Shown here in pieces: positions 51,575 through 60,864 of a stretch of DNA of 64,000 bases. Source of the DNA: Escherichia coli (GTDB lineage: Bacteria; Pseudomonadota; Gammaproteobacteria; Enterobacterales; Enterobacteriaceae); assembly GCF_041248615.1 (NCBI RefSeq), contig NZ_CP158426.1, one strand, 5' to 3'. The position numbers were made by a program, and so were the translations under genes. Below the pieces are notes generated by a model, which ran no database searches, was not told the origin of the DNA, and saw only the letters and a program-made list of their open reading frames with translations. The first letter of the stretch is position 1; the number at the start of each line of letters is the position of its first letter.

Positions 51575-52224
51575 TTCTGTAATCCTTCCCGTTCATCCAG
51601 CAACGCGTTTATCTGGTTCCGCCAGCGACGACATTGTCCTGCGTTGTCGATGATGTTGGCGAGAACGTCACGCTGGGAGACACCCGAATCGCGTAACCGG
51701 GTATCAGCGGTTTCAGGTTGCCCGGTCGCTGCGCCAGTGCCGGTGCCAGCGGTGGCAGTTGCGTCTGAATGACCGGTGTCGACGGATGCGTTGTCATATC
51801 CGAGTGCGGCGTTGTACTGGCGCACGAAACCGCGAGTAAACACGCACTCAATGGGATGGCTCTTACCTTTTTCATCAATCCAGCGCTGTGTGACATCGTT
51901 AATTTGCCCCTGTAGTTGTTTGTTCCGGCTCTCCAGTTGAGCAATCTGCTCAAGGTAACTGGCTTCAGCCCGTTGCCCGGCGGCTACCTGCTCCTGATAC
52001 CGTTTTGCCCATGCTCGCAATGCAGCGTTCTCAAGCATTGCCTGCTCCGTTTTGTATGTGTCGAATGCTGACTGCAACTCACTGATCGCCTTATCGCCGT
52101 TGCGCGTGGCGTTTTCATGCCCGCTTTTGTAGCCCAGGTAATAAAGTCCAATCAGAAAAGCATTTATGAGCACTGCCAGCAGCAGACTGCGCCACGGCAG
52201 ATTTTTTAGCAGGTTAGTCCACAC
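51571..52224 (-). CDS. Inner-membrane spanin (Rz-like)
   Basis: 217 aa, N-terminal TM helix then coiled coil; directly after endolysin. Confidence 0.6.
   Translation of the reverse strand: MWTNLLKNLPWRSLLLAVLINAFLIGLYYLGYKSGHENATRNGDKAISELQSAFDTYKTEQAMLENAALRAWAKRYQEQVAAGQRAEASYLEQIAQLESRNKQLQGQINDVTQRWIDEKGKSHPIECVFTRGFVRQYNAALGYDNASVDTGHSDATATAGTGTGAATGQPETADTRLRDSGVSQRDVLANIIDNAGQCRRWRNQINALLDEREGLQK
51609..51875 (-). CDS. Embedded outer-membrane spanin (Rz1-like lipoprotein) in alternative frame
   Basis: MKKVRAIPLSACLLAVSC lipobox-like signal then Pro-rich PSTPVIQTQLPPLAPALAQRPG; entirely inside the Rz-like gene. Confidence 0.55.
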   Translation of the reverse strand: MKKVRAIPLSACLLAVSCASTTPHSDMTTHPSTPVIQTQLPPLAPALAQRPGNLKPLIPGYAIRVSPSVTFSPTSSTTQDNVVAGGTR

Positions 52225-52948
52225 AGCTGCCGCCCCCCCATGTCAGATAACGGGGGGCCAGTTCGTGCAGGATGCGCTGCGGATAATGACGGTTCTCCCG
52301 CCAGCTGGCAGCATTGCGTCCGGCATTCACCGTGGCGACATGTCCGAACCAGCGCTGACTGTCCAGCCCCAGATTTGCGGCGAGCCGCTGGTCACGACGC
52401 ACCCAGCCCGGGCCACCGTTATAGCCCGACAGTGTCATGGCCATACGCTCGCAGTCACTGGCGGCGCTGATGCGCTGCCACAGCCAGCGGTCATAGCTGA
52501 CCAGCGCCCGGATGGCCCATGCCGGATTAAACGGCTCACGACTGCTCAGCGCCGGCATCAACTGGCTTATCCAGTCAGCGGTGGCGGGCATAAACTGCGC
52601 CAGCCCCTGAGCGCCCACCGGCGAGACCGCATCAGGCCGCCAGCCGCTTTCCTGATGCAGTTGCGCGGCGAAATCGGCCACCGGCGCAGACAGCCCCCAT
52701 TCAAGCCGGGCATTACGGATCACATCATCGCGATACTGCAGCGCAGCCTGCGGAGGCTGCGCTGCGCGGGCCTGACTGAAGAAGCCGCCACACCAGAGCA
52801 ACATTGCGACAAAGAATACCCATGCCATATGAACCAGAAAGGTCCCGACACGGACTGACAGGCGTTCGGTTCTGATGAAGACCAGAAAGGCTTCGAAAGC
52901 CAGTTTCAGGGACATGCATACAATCCAGGTGCTCTGTGGCCAGTTCAT
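52214..52948 (-). CDS. Endolysin, lytic transglycosylase (SLT-domain) type with N-terminal hydrophobic segment
   Basis: ESGW, GxxQ and YNGG-like motifs; possible start at 52948 right after the holin stop or at an internal Met. Confidence 0.7.
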   Translation of the reverse strand: MNWPQSTWIVCMSLKLAFEAFLVFIRTERLSVRVGTFLVHMAWVFFVAMLLWCGGFFSQARAAQPPQAALQYRDDVIRNARLEWGLSAPVADFAAQLHQESGWRPDAVSPVGAQGLAQFMPATADWISQLMPALSSREPFNPAWAIRALVSYDRWLWQRISAASDCERMAMTLSGYNGGPGWVRRDQRLAANLGLDSQRWFGHVATVNAGRNAASWRENRHYPQRILHELAPRYLTWGGGSCVD

Positions 52949-52950
52949 GA

Positions 52951-53301
52951 TTAAAGCCCCATCGCAACAGCCAGACAGACAGCTGCAACAATCAGTGCAC
53001 GGCGGATTAACGCAGCAGAAAAAACCAGGTGAAGGCCGGTCTGTACGGGCCAGCGCCCCTCAGCCATGAGGCGCTCGTCATGCTTCAGGTACTGCCCCGG
53101 ACGGGCCTTCGGGAAGAGTGAGCGGTCCAGCCAGTAGCCGAGCACGGCGGCGAGGGAGATGAGAGAGAGCTTGTACACCACCACCGGCAACTGCTGGGGC
53201 GAGACCAGCGCGATGATGAGGAGTAGCAGCACGGCCGCAACAAGCCATCCACGCAGGCGGGTTTTTTGTACGTCAGCGATAAGGGAAGTGAATGGTTTCA
53301 T
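52951..53301 (-). CDS. Holin-like membrane protein
   Basis: 116 aa with 2-3 TM helices, first gene of the minus-strand late arm. Confidence 0.55.
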   Translation of the reverse strand: MKPFTSLIADVQKTRLRGWLVAAVLLLLIIALVSPQQLPVVVYKLSLISLAAVLGYWLDRSLFPKARPGQYLKHDERLMAEGRWPVQTGLHLVFSAALIRRALIVAAVCLAVAMGL

Positions 53302-53432
53302 GAAAATGTCTCCTTGTTGTGTGGAGACAGCATGGCAAAAGCGTGGCGCGGAGGATTTTAAAGCGCGTTAAGAGAGAGGCGTGTTCGGGGTATGCAGAAT
53401 ACACGCTGGATCACTCACAAAGGAGATACAGA

Positions 53433-53981
53433 ATGACAGTCACACCGAAGCCGACCATCACCGTCAGAGTGTCCGGGCCTGTGGGCAGCGGTAAAAGTTA
53501 CGTTCTGACGCGTATAAAAGAGATGGTGAAAAAGGAATTTGGAAAAAGCGTCATTGTCGATGCCGCAGTTGTGGACGACGAGCGTATCTGTCGGACGAAT
53601 GAGCTGCTTCAGGAGCAACTCATGAAGGTGTTACGCAAACTCACCGGTCAGACAACAAAATGTTTTTCAGCCCCGGAGTACGGGATACAGGAACACATCC
53701 CGGTGAACATGCCCCCCGTTAACCAGCCTCCCCGGTTCTTCGACGAATACATTCTGACACCGGAAAATAAAGCTGAGCATGAAGAGATCAAAGCGGCGTT
53801 GTTCCGGGAAATCAGGAAGATTGCTGAAATGCAGCTGGAGGGCGGGCTGGACAGAGTGATGGCGAGAGGAGAATGGGAATCGCTGTTTGAAAGAGTTTCC
53901 CCGGAATTGCTTCCCCTCGCACTGGCTATCGGGATTATGCAGACAGCGGATAAACCTCACTTACGTTCATTAAACACGTAA
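53433..53981 (+). CDS. Small P-loop NTPase of unknown function (cargo)
   Basis: 182 aa; Walker A GPVGSGKS after a beta-strand (TITVRVSGPVGSGKSYV); strong RBS AAAGGAG. Confidence 0.6.
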   Translation: MTVTPKPTITVRVSGPVGSGKSYVLTRIKEMVKKEFGKSVIVDAAVVDDERICRTNELLQEQLMKVLRKLTGQTTKCFSAPEYGIQEHIPVNMPPVNQPPRFFDEYILTPENKAEHEEIKAALFREIRKIAEMQLEGGLDRVMARGEWESLFERVSPELLPLALAIGIMQTADKPHLRSLNT

Positions 53982-54361
53982 CGCATAATCCGGGATACGC
54001 ATTCAGCGATGACTGCATTTTCACCGGTTTTTACTGCATCCAGAAGTGACTCTTTAAATGGTACGGGCCGGGGCTGCAGAAAGGTCGGCATGGCATTGAG
54101 CAGACAGAGCGTTTTTTCCGTGAGGACGACATCAGCCGCTCCCACAGCCAGCAACTGAGAGTAACGAATATAGCTGTTATCCCGAAGCCATATCAGCGTA
54201 TCAATAAAATACCGGCACTTTTTCTGATCGTGATCAACCTGGTCCGGGATATCGAAAAAACCAGAATAAATCAAAACCTGAGGAGCCGGATGCGTGTTCA
54301 GTAATCGGCAGAATATTTTGCCGGTGAGTACATAAAAATCATCATTTAAGGAGTGCATCAT
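53957..54361 (-). CDS. Hypothetical protein (cargo)
   Basis: 134 aa ORF, no recognisable motif; 3' end overlaps the P-loop gene by 25 bp; start codon overlaps that of the divergent 71-aa ORF. Confidence 0.4.
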   Translation of the reverse strand: MMHSLNDDFYVLTGKIFCRLLNTHPAPQVLIYSGFFDIPDQVDHDQKKCRYFIDTLIWLRDNSYIRYSQLLAVGAADVVLTEKTLCLLNAMPTFLQPRPVPFKESLLDAVKTGENAVIAECVSRIMRYVFNERK

Positions 54362-54575
54362 GAATCCCCGATTAACGTTAACAGAACATCAGCGCCGTGC
54401 CGAAGCAGTGAACAATGTTCTGGAAGATATTATCCGGTTACATCGCGGAGAACTGAGTGTCTGTCGTGCCACTGTTCATTTTCAGGAAATACAAAAGCAG
54501 TTTGATACTTCTGTTTTTGCAGAAGGGATCACTTATGCCCTGGACCAGATAAGGTCAGAAAATCGCCCCGGATAA
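54360..54575 (+). CDS. Hypothetical small protein (cargo)
   Basis: 71 aa; strong RBS TAAGGAG 7 nt upstream. Confidence 0.5.
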   Translation: MNPRLTLTEHQRRAEAVNNVLEDIIRLHRGELSVCRATVHFQEIQKQFDTSVFAEGITYALDQIRSENRPG

Positions 54576-54767
54576 TCCCTAAACCACATTAACAGAAATC
54601 ACTTCATCCCTGCCGCATCATGAAAGAACGACCAGCCCGGTGCTTCGGACCCACCAGGCTGGCCATCGTCCCACAGGAATGCGCTGTGAGCCGACCGGGG
54701 TTCAGTCAGTCTCGCGAGACCAGACTAGCCTGCCATATTTTTAATAATTGTAAAAGGCTTACAGATT

Positions 54768-55532
54768 ATGAAAATGCAGACATTACCCATCGTTCCATGG
54801 ATTGGTGGCAAACGTCGCCTGGCAAAACACATCCTGCCGCTGTTTCCGGCGCATGAATGTTACGTGGAGCCGTTCTGCGGCGCAGCAGCGCTCTATTTTC
54901 TTAAGACACCTGGTAAGCTCGAAGTCATTAACGATATCAATGGTGAACTGGTAAATCTGTATCGGGTGGTAAAACATCATCTGGAAGAATTTGTCCGCCA
55001 GTTCAAATGGGCGCTGGTCAGCCGGCAGATCTACAAATGGCTGCAGATCACCCCGACAGAAACACTGACGGATATCCAGCGTGCAGCACGGTTCTACTAC
55101 CTCCAGAAGCAGGCGTTTGGCGGCAAGGTGGCAGAGCACAGCTTCGGCACCTCCACCACATCCCCGCCACGCTTCAACCTGCTGCGTATCGAGGAAGAAC
55201 TGTCAGCGGCACACCTGCGGCTTTCCAGAACGGTGATAGAACACATGGACTGGCAACAGTGCATTGAGCGCTATGACCGTCCGCACACGCTGTTCTACTG
55301 TGACCCGCCGTATCTGGGTACAGAAGGCTATGGTGTGGATTTTCCTGAAGGGAACTACTCGCGGCTGGCAGAGCTGGCCCGGTGCATCAGAGGAAAGATG
55401 ATAATTTCGGTGAACGACATCCCGCAGATGCGCGAGGTGTTCACTGGACTGAACATACAGACAGTGAACATCAACTACAGTCTGGCAGGCAAATCAACTC
55501 CACGCCGTGAGCTGGTGATCTGCAATTTCTAA
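54768..55532 (+). CDS. Orphan Dam-like N6-adenine DNA methyltransferase
   Basis: 254 aa; motif I VEPFCGAAALYF and catalytic DPPY (FYCDPPYLG); N-terminus WIGGKRRLAKHILPLFP resembles Dam; no restriction partner nearby. Confidence 0.85.
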   Translation: MKMQTLPIVPWIGGKRRLAKHILPLFPAHECYVEPFCGAAALYFLKTPGKLEVINDINGELVNLYRVVKHHLEEFVRQFKWALVSRQIYKWLQITPTETLTDIQRAARFYYLQKQAFGGKVAEHSFGTSTTSPPRFNLLRIEEELSAAHLRLSRTVIEHMDWQQCIERYDRPHTLFYCDPPYLGTEGYGVDFPEGNYSRLAELARCIRGKMIISVNDIPQMREVFTGLNIQTVNINYSLAGKSTPRRELVICNF

Positions 55533-55650
55533 AAGCCATAACCGGAAAGTACAGTGCTTTCCGGTAAGCCCGCCGATTTCTGCCATGCTACTGACGGCGT
55601 TTTCTGAAAGCATCCAGATCAACCACCTGTCCTTTCTGTCCAGGTCAGAA

Positions 55651-56043
55651 TCAGCCTGCGAGTTTGCCTGGTTTTGGCTGAGTGAAGACTTTGCCGACGT
55701 CAAGAAATGAACGTTGTTGTTCTCTTGTCATTTTATCAAACGCAGCCACCAATTCTTGCTGATCATGAGAAAGTGGTTTAGTAGGTGGCACACTATCTTC
55801 CGTAAGAAACCTTGAACCGACACCTGTTAATAGCCAATTAATGTTTATACCCAACTGTGTACAAAGTTTTGTTAACCCCACAATATTCGGCTCACGAGCT
55901 CCATTCAAATAGCTTTGCGCAGTACGGTATGGCAGCTCACACGCTTCCGCAAACTCTTTGATAGATTTGATTTTCTTTTCTGTCAAAACTTCCTTCAAAC
56001 GTTCAGCAATACACATTTGCATCTCTTTTATTGCTTTATACAC
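55651..56043 (-). CDS. Phage repressor, XRE-type HTH (start codon uncertain)
   Basis: 130 aa, HTH around EFAEACELPYRTAQSYLNGAREPNIVGLTKLCTQLGININWL; divergent from early operon. Confidence 0.7.
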   Translation of the reverse strand: MYKAIKEMQMCIAERLKEVLTEKKIKSIKEFAEACELPYRTAQSYLNGAREPNIVGLTKLCTQLGININWLLTGVGSRFLTEDSVPPTKPLSHDQQELVAAFDKMTREQQRSFLDVGKVFTQPKPGKLAG

Positions 56044-56053
56044 ATTTGTGTAT
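56038..56053. promoter_or_regulatory. Candidate operator palindrome ATACACATTTGTGTAT in immunity region
   Basis: Near-perfect 16 bp palindrome overlapping the repressor 5' end. Confidence 0.35.
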
Positions 56054-56104
56054 ATAATCTATCACATATAACGCAAACATCATTACACCAAAAAGGAGGC
56101 AACA

Positions 56105-56293
56105 ATGACTGCAGACCAGGTCAAAGCCCATTTCCGCCGCAATGGGATCACCTTTACCCAGTGGGCAAAACAGAACAACTACACCAGAGCGGAGGTGTAC
56201 CGCGTTCTGAATGGTCAGGTAAAAGCGAACTACGGCAAAGCCCATGAAATCGCCGTCAAGCTGGGATTAAAAACCATCACTGACGCCGCTTAA
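56105..56293 (+). CDS. Small DNA-binding early regulator (Ner/Cro-like)
   Basis: 62 aa, first gene of the plus-strand early operon, strong RBS AAAAAGGAGG. Confidence 0.55.
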   Translation: MTADQVKAHFRRNGITFTQWAKQNNYTRAEVYRVLNGQVKANYGKAHEIAVKLGLKTITDAA

Positions 56294-56346
56294 AAAGATA
56301 CAGCATACGAAAAAGATTATCACATATTGAAAAAAGAGGTGTGCAG

Positions 56347-56655
56347 ATGAGTAAGACGAATGTTTCAAGCTCCGGCAGTCGCATCCTCCGGGTACTTAAA
56401 GCGCTGCGTGGGCATGCCCTGAACGGTATTTCCAATGGTGAACTGGCAGCAGCACTGCACGAGTCACCGGCGAACATCAACCGGGCACTCAACACCCTCA
56501 TTGAAGAAGGGCTGGCTCTGAAACTGGAGAACGGACGTTTCGCACCGGGCATCCAGTTATTACAGATCGCCATGGCACACACTAATGAGATGGCACGAGC
56601 ACAGGATCGTATTAACGAAATCAACCAACGTGTCATTTCAGGTAGTCGTTTATAA
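56347..56655 (+). CDS. Small winged-helix-like protein
   Basis: About 102 aa; ILRVLKALRGHALNGISNGELAAAL resembles an IclR-type HTH. Confidence 0.45.
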   Translation: MSKTNVSSSGSRILRVLKALRGHALNGISNGELAAALHESPANINRALNTLIEEGLALKLENGRFAPGIQLLQIAMAHTNEMARAQDRINEINQRVISGSRL

Positions 56656-56665
56656 GGAGTAATCA

Positions 56666-57583
56666 ATGGGACGTACCAAATCACCGGTTAACACTGAACT
56701 GAGCGTCGAGGTACCGCTGTCGGATGATCTCAACGTCAGCCTGAATGCCATGACACAGCATCGCATGGAGATCATGCAGCAGTTTGGCGATGGTCAGCCC
56801 TATGAGCGCGATCGTATCGTGCATGAAGCTCGCTTTTATATGGCACAGAGCGCTGAGGCTATGCTGGAAGCGGGTAAGCGACTGATTATTCTAAAAGAAA
56901 ATGAACCGCATGGTGATTTCATAAATATCGTCGAGTCTGAATTATCAATGTCGAAGCGTACTGCACAGGTCATGATGCAGGCATCAATAAAATATTTATC
57001 ACCACAACTTGGGTCAAAAGCGCAGACGTTTGCGCTTTTAGGAAAAGCAAAACTATTTGAGTTAATGACGGAAGACGATGAAGACCTTGCCGAACTGGCC
57101 GACGGCGGTACGGTTGCCGGCCTGACGCTTGACGATGTTGATCGCATGTCAGTACGTGAACTTCGTCAGGCCCTGCGCGAAGCGCGCGAAACCAATGCAG
57201 CACAACAGCGTGTTCTAGCCGACAAAAATGAAAAAATCGACTCACTCTCCACCAGGCTGGAGAAAAAATCCCGTATTCAACCGCCTGAGCCTGATGAAGA
57301 GGTGAAGAAGCTGCGGGCGGAAGTGACCGCATTAGCGGTTGAGGCGGAATCTGCCATCGCCGTCCGGCTCTCCGGTGCCTTTGAAACCCTGTGTGAATAC
57401 TGCAGTAAAAACATGATTGATACCCCCAGAGATTTCATGGCCGGTCTGGTCTGCCAGATTGAACGCAGTGTTCATGCATTGCGTGAGACGTTCGACCTTG
57501 ATGCCGCACCATCGGGTAACGATGTCCCCGCATGGCTGACCGAACCGGAGCCTGAAATCAACCGACCGGAGGGCATGCGTTAA
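56666..57583 (+). CDS. Early-operon protein of unknown function
   Basis: 305 aa, RBS AAGGAG, coiled-coil central part. Confidence 0.55.
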   Translation: MGRTKSPVNTELSVEVPLSDDLNVSLNAMTQHRMEIMQQFGDGQPYERDRIVHEARFYMAQSAEAMLEAGKRLIILKENEPHGDFINIVESELSMSKRTAQVMMQASIKYLSPQLGSKAQTFALLGKAKLFELMTEDDEDLAELADGGTVAGLTLDDVDRMSVRELRQALREARETNAAQQRVLADKNEKIDSLSTRLEKKSRIQPPEPDEEVKKLRAEVTALAVEAESAIAVRLSGAFETLCEYCSKNMIDTPRDFMAGLVCQIERSVHALRETFDLDAAPSGNDVPAWLTEPEPEINRPEGMR

Positions 57584-57900
57584 TGAACACGAATAATACA
57601 CAAAATATCCTGATGGACAGCCCGGAAGCACTGGGGCACGCACTGTGTAATCTGCTGCCGGAGATGGTGCAGGGTTTCCGCGTGGTGACACCTTCCGGTG
57701 AAATCTGCGTACCCGCACAGGAGGCGCATCCGTTTGTACTGACGATGGAAGTGATGCTGATGCAGCAGATAAGACGTCTGCAGCATCAGTCAGCATTGCG
57801 CCCGGCAGTTGCGCCGCAACCGGTAAATAACGTGGTGAAAACCTGCGATGGCGAAACACTGTACGACCTCGCCAGAAAAATTGCCGCCAGAATCGGATAA
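57583..57900 (+). CDS. Hypothetical early protein
   Basis: 105 aa, start overlaps upstream stop. Confidence 0.45.
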   Translation: MNTNNTQNILMDSPEALGHALCNLLPEMVQGFRVVTPSGEICVPAQEAHPFVLTMEVMLMQQIRRLQHQSALRPAVAPQPVNNVVKTCDGETLYDLARKIAARIG

Positions 57901-57915
57901 CAGGGAAGACAAGCT

Positions 57916-59685
57916 ATGACCCCGGCACTGACTGAAAAACTTGTTGAAACAGCCCGCGCGGCACGTAATGCAGGGCATGGTAAACGCGGTGCAATATACG
58001 ACGCTGCCTGTGCTGAACTTGGCATGTCCCGCGCCACTCTGCTGCGCAGGCTGAAGGAGGTCTCTGTGACTGATAAACGCAAAAAACGCGCCGATGCCGG
58101 ACGCAGCACCCTGACCCGCGACGAAGCCGCGCTGATATCTGCCACACTACGTGAGGCCACCCGCAAGAACGGTAAGCGTCTCTATTCCATCGCGGATGCA
58201 GTGGAAACCCTGCGGGCTAACGGCTTTATCTCCGCAGGCAGAACAGATGAAACTACCGGTGAGTTTTTCCCGTTGTCCGAAGATGCCATCAGTCGTGCCC
58301 TGCGTAACTATGGCCTGCACCCGGAACAACTGGATGCCCCTGCACCGCATACCGAAGTGGCCAGTCTGCACCCCAATCATGTCTGGCAGATTGACGCCTC
58401 ACTCTGCACGCTTTACTACCTGAGCAATGGACATAAAGGGCTGCAGGTGATGGACAGCGCGAAATTCTACAAGAACAAGCCCGCTAACCTTGCCCGTATC
58501 GCCAGTGACCGCGTGTGGAGTTACGAGATTACCGACCATGCCAGCGGCTGGATTTACGTTGAGTATGTGACGGGTGCGGAATCCGGTGAGAACCTGTGTT
58601 CTGTGCTTATCAACGCCATGCAGGAGCGTGGCGGCGCAGACGTGCTGCACGGCGTGCCAAAAATACTCTATCTCGACCCCGGCTCGGCAAACACCGCGGG
58701 TATGACGAAAAACATGTGCCGCTCACTGGGCATCGACCTGATAGCGCACAAGCCGCATAACGCCCGCGCCACCGGACAGGTGGAAAAGGCGCGTGACATT
58801 ATCGAACGCAAGCTGGAGCCGGGTCTGAAGTTCCGGCCGGTTCACAGTCTGGAAGAACTCAACGCGCTGGCCGCGAAATGGCGCAGCCACTTTAACGCCA
58901 CGGCTGTTCACAGCCGCCACGGTAAAACCCGCACGGATATCTGGCTGAAGATTACTGCTGAGCAGCTGAAAAAAGCGCCTTCCGTTGAGGTATGTCGTGA
59001 ACTGGCTGTGGCGGGACCAGAACTCCGCAAAGTCACGCCAAAACTTCGTGTCTCGTTCCGGGGCACTGAATTTGACGTATCAACGGTACCGGGCGTACTG
59101 GTCGGTGAAAAACTGATGATTACCCGTAACCCGTGGCGCAGCGATGTGGCACAGGTGGTTCTGACCGGTGAGGACGGCCACGAGACGTTCTTCCTGGTCG
59201 AAGAGGTCAGAAAGAACGAGTTTGGCTTTGCTGAAGGCGCGGCGGTATTTGGCGAAAGTTACAAAGCCCTGCCGGAAACCCCGGCGCAGATGGCGGCAAA
59301 AGAAACCGAAGCGCTGGTCACCGGTACAGACAACGCCGCAGATGCAGCTGCCGCACGCAAGGCGAAGGCGCTGCCGTTCGGCGGGCGGCTTGACCCGTAT
59401 AAACATATTGATGACGCCACACTTCCGGCCTGTATACCGAAGCGTGGTCAGGCCTCTGACGTACGCGGACCGCGCACTGAACAGCGTCCCATGACTCATG
59501 TGGAGGCCGCGAAAGCCCTGCGCGGGAAGTTTAGCGCAAACGGCCTGACCTGGACGCCGGAACATTACCGCCAGTTAACAGCACAGTACCCGGACGGCGT
59601 ACCGGAAGCCGCACTGGATGAAGTCATGGCCACGCTGACCACGCCGGCCCGCAGCAGCGTTATCAGCATTGTTAACGGCAACTGA
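57916..59685 (+). CDS. DDE (rve-type) transposase, Mu A-like
   Basis: 589 aa; catalytic D (HVWQIDASL), D (ILYLDPGSAN) and E (TGQVEKA) with D-35-E spacing. Confidence 0.9.
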   Translation: MTPALTEKLVETARAARNAGHGKRGAIYDAACAELGMSRATLLRRLKEVSVTDKRKKRADAGRSTLTRDEAALISATLREATRKNGKRLYSIADAVETLRANGFISAGRTDETTGEFFPLSEDAISRALRNYGLHPEQLDAPAPHTEVASLHPNHVWQIDASLCTLYYLSNGHKGLQVMDSAKFYKNKPANLARIASDRVWSYEITDHASGWIYVEYVTGAESGENLCSVLINAMQERGGADVLHGVPKILYLDPGSANTAGMTKNMCRSLGIDLIAHKPHNARATGQVEKARDIIERKLEPGLKFRPVHSLEELNALAAKWRSHFNATAVHSRHGKTRTDIWLKITAEQLKKAPSVEVCRELAVAGPELRKVTPKLRVSFRGTEFDVSTVPGVLVGEKLMITRNPWRSDVAQVVLTGEDGHETFFLVEEVRKNEFGFAEGAAVFGESYKALPETPAQMAAKETEALVTGTDNAADAAAARKAKALPFGGRLDPYKHIDDATLPACIPKRGQASDVRGPRTEQRPMTHVEAAKALRGKFSANGLTWTPEHYRQLTAQYPDGVPEAALDEVMATLTTPARSSVISIVNGN

Positions 59686-59695
59686 GGAGGGAAAC

Positions 59696-60862
59696 ATGCT
59701 GGTACTGAAGCAGCAACTGAAAGAGGCCCGTATTCCACAGGCGGTGGCGGCGAGAGCTGTCGATGTTTCTGAGGCCACGCTGGCCCAGATTGTGAATCAT
59801 AACGCGTGGCCCCGCACCAGCCCCGGAGAAGTGCGCCGGCGTCTTGCGTCCTGGCTGGAAAGCCAGGGGATTGATACAACGAAGAGTTTTGATGCTGTAC
59901 AGGGCGCGGCCACGCCCCGTACAGCGGATACCACAGATAAAACGAGCCTCAGTGAGGAAGAGAATATGTTACTCAAAAAACAGGTGTTATTTCCAGCAAC
60001 CAAAAAAGCGTTTGGTCTTTTCCGTGACCCGTTCGCCGATGAAGCCATGCAGGGTTCTGATGATGTGTTCACCACCCCGGACATTCGCTACGTGCGTGAG
60101 GCGCTGTACCAGACAGCCCGTCATGGTGGGTTTATGGCCGTCATCGGTGAGTCCGGTGCGGGTAAATCCACGCTGCGCCGCGACCTGACTGAACGTATTA
60201 ACCGCGAGAATGCGCCGGTAATTGTTATCGAGCCATACATCATCGCTATGGAAGACAACGATGTGAAAGGGAAAACCCTGAAGGCAGCAGCTATTGCCGA
60301 AGCCATTATCAGTACCATCGCACCACTGGAAAGCATCAGACGCAGTCAGGACGCCCGCTTTCGCCAGTTGCATCGCGTCCTGAAAGACAGCAGCCAGGCG
60401 GGGTTCAGCCACGTTCTGGTGATTGAGGAGGCCCACAGTCTGCCCATTCCGACACTGAAACACCTCAAACGCTTTTTTGAGCTGGAGTCCGGTTTCAAAA
60501 AACTGCTGTCCATCGTGCTGATTGGCCAGCCGGAACTGGCGACAAAACTGTCTGAACGCAATATGGAAGTCCGTGAAGTCGTTCAGCGCTGTGAGGTGGT
60601 CGAACTTCTGCCTCTGGACAATAACCTTGAAGAATTTCTGACGTTCAAACTGCAACGGGCCGGTAAACAACTGACGGACATTATGGACGCCAGCGCAGTG
60701 GATGCCATACGTGCCCGCCTGAGCAATCCGGGAAGTCATCGTAAAAATATGGTCAGCCTGCTGTATCCGCTGGCCGTCAGTAACCTGGTAATAGCCGCCA
60801 TGAATCTGGCCGCTGAAATCGGGGTTCCACAGGTCAACGCTGACGTTGTCAAAGGAGTTTAA
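59696..60862 (+). CDS. AAA+ ATPase transposition helper (Mu B / TniB-like)
   Basis: Walker A GESGAGKST, Walker B HVLVIEEAH; directly downstream of the transposase. Confidence 0.85.
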   Translation: MLVLKQQLKEARIPQAVAARAVDVSEATLAQIVNHNAWPRTSPGEVRRRLASWLESQGIDTTKSFDAVQGAATPRTADTTDKTSLSEEENMLLKKQVLFPATKKAFGLFRDPFADEAMQGSDDVFTTPDIRYVREALYQTARHGGFMAVIGESGAGKSTLRRDLTERINRENAPVIVIEPYIIAMEDNDVKGKTLKAAAIAEAIISTIAPLESIRRSQDARFRQLHRVLKDSSQAGFSHVLVIEEAHSLPIPTLKHLKRFFELESGFKKLLSIVLIGQPELATKLSERNMEVREVVQRCEVVELLPLDNNLEEFLTFKLQRAGKQLTDIMDASAVDAIRARLSNPGSHRKNMVSLLYPLAVSNLVIAAMNLAAEIGVPQVNADVVKGV

Positions 60863-60864
60863 TA

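Noticed and set aside
54620-54856. 78-aa plus-strand ORF overlapping the methyltransferase start
   Set aside because: Out of frame with and overlapping the well-supported Dam-like gene; no RBS; likely spurious
55533-55650. Possible left terminus of a second Mu-like prophage just downstream of the repressor gene
   Set aside because: Only weak resemblance (TGACGGCGTTTTCTGAAAGC) to the terminal repeats at 28401-28480; no convincing transposase-binding site array seen by eye; left as an open alternative in the architecture finding
57916-60862. IS21-like insertion sequence (DDE transposase plus AAA+ helper)
   Set aside because: The pair is embedded in a phage early operon with Gam, the partial GemA-like ORF and a repressor, and is linked to Mu-type structural genes; no short terminal inverted repeats flank the pair
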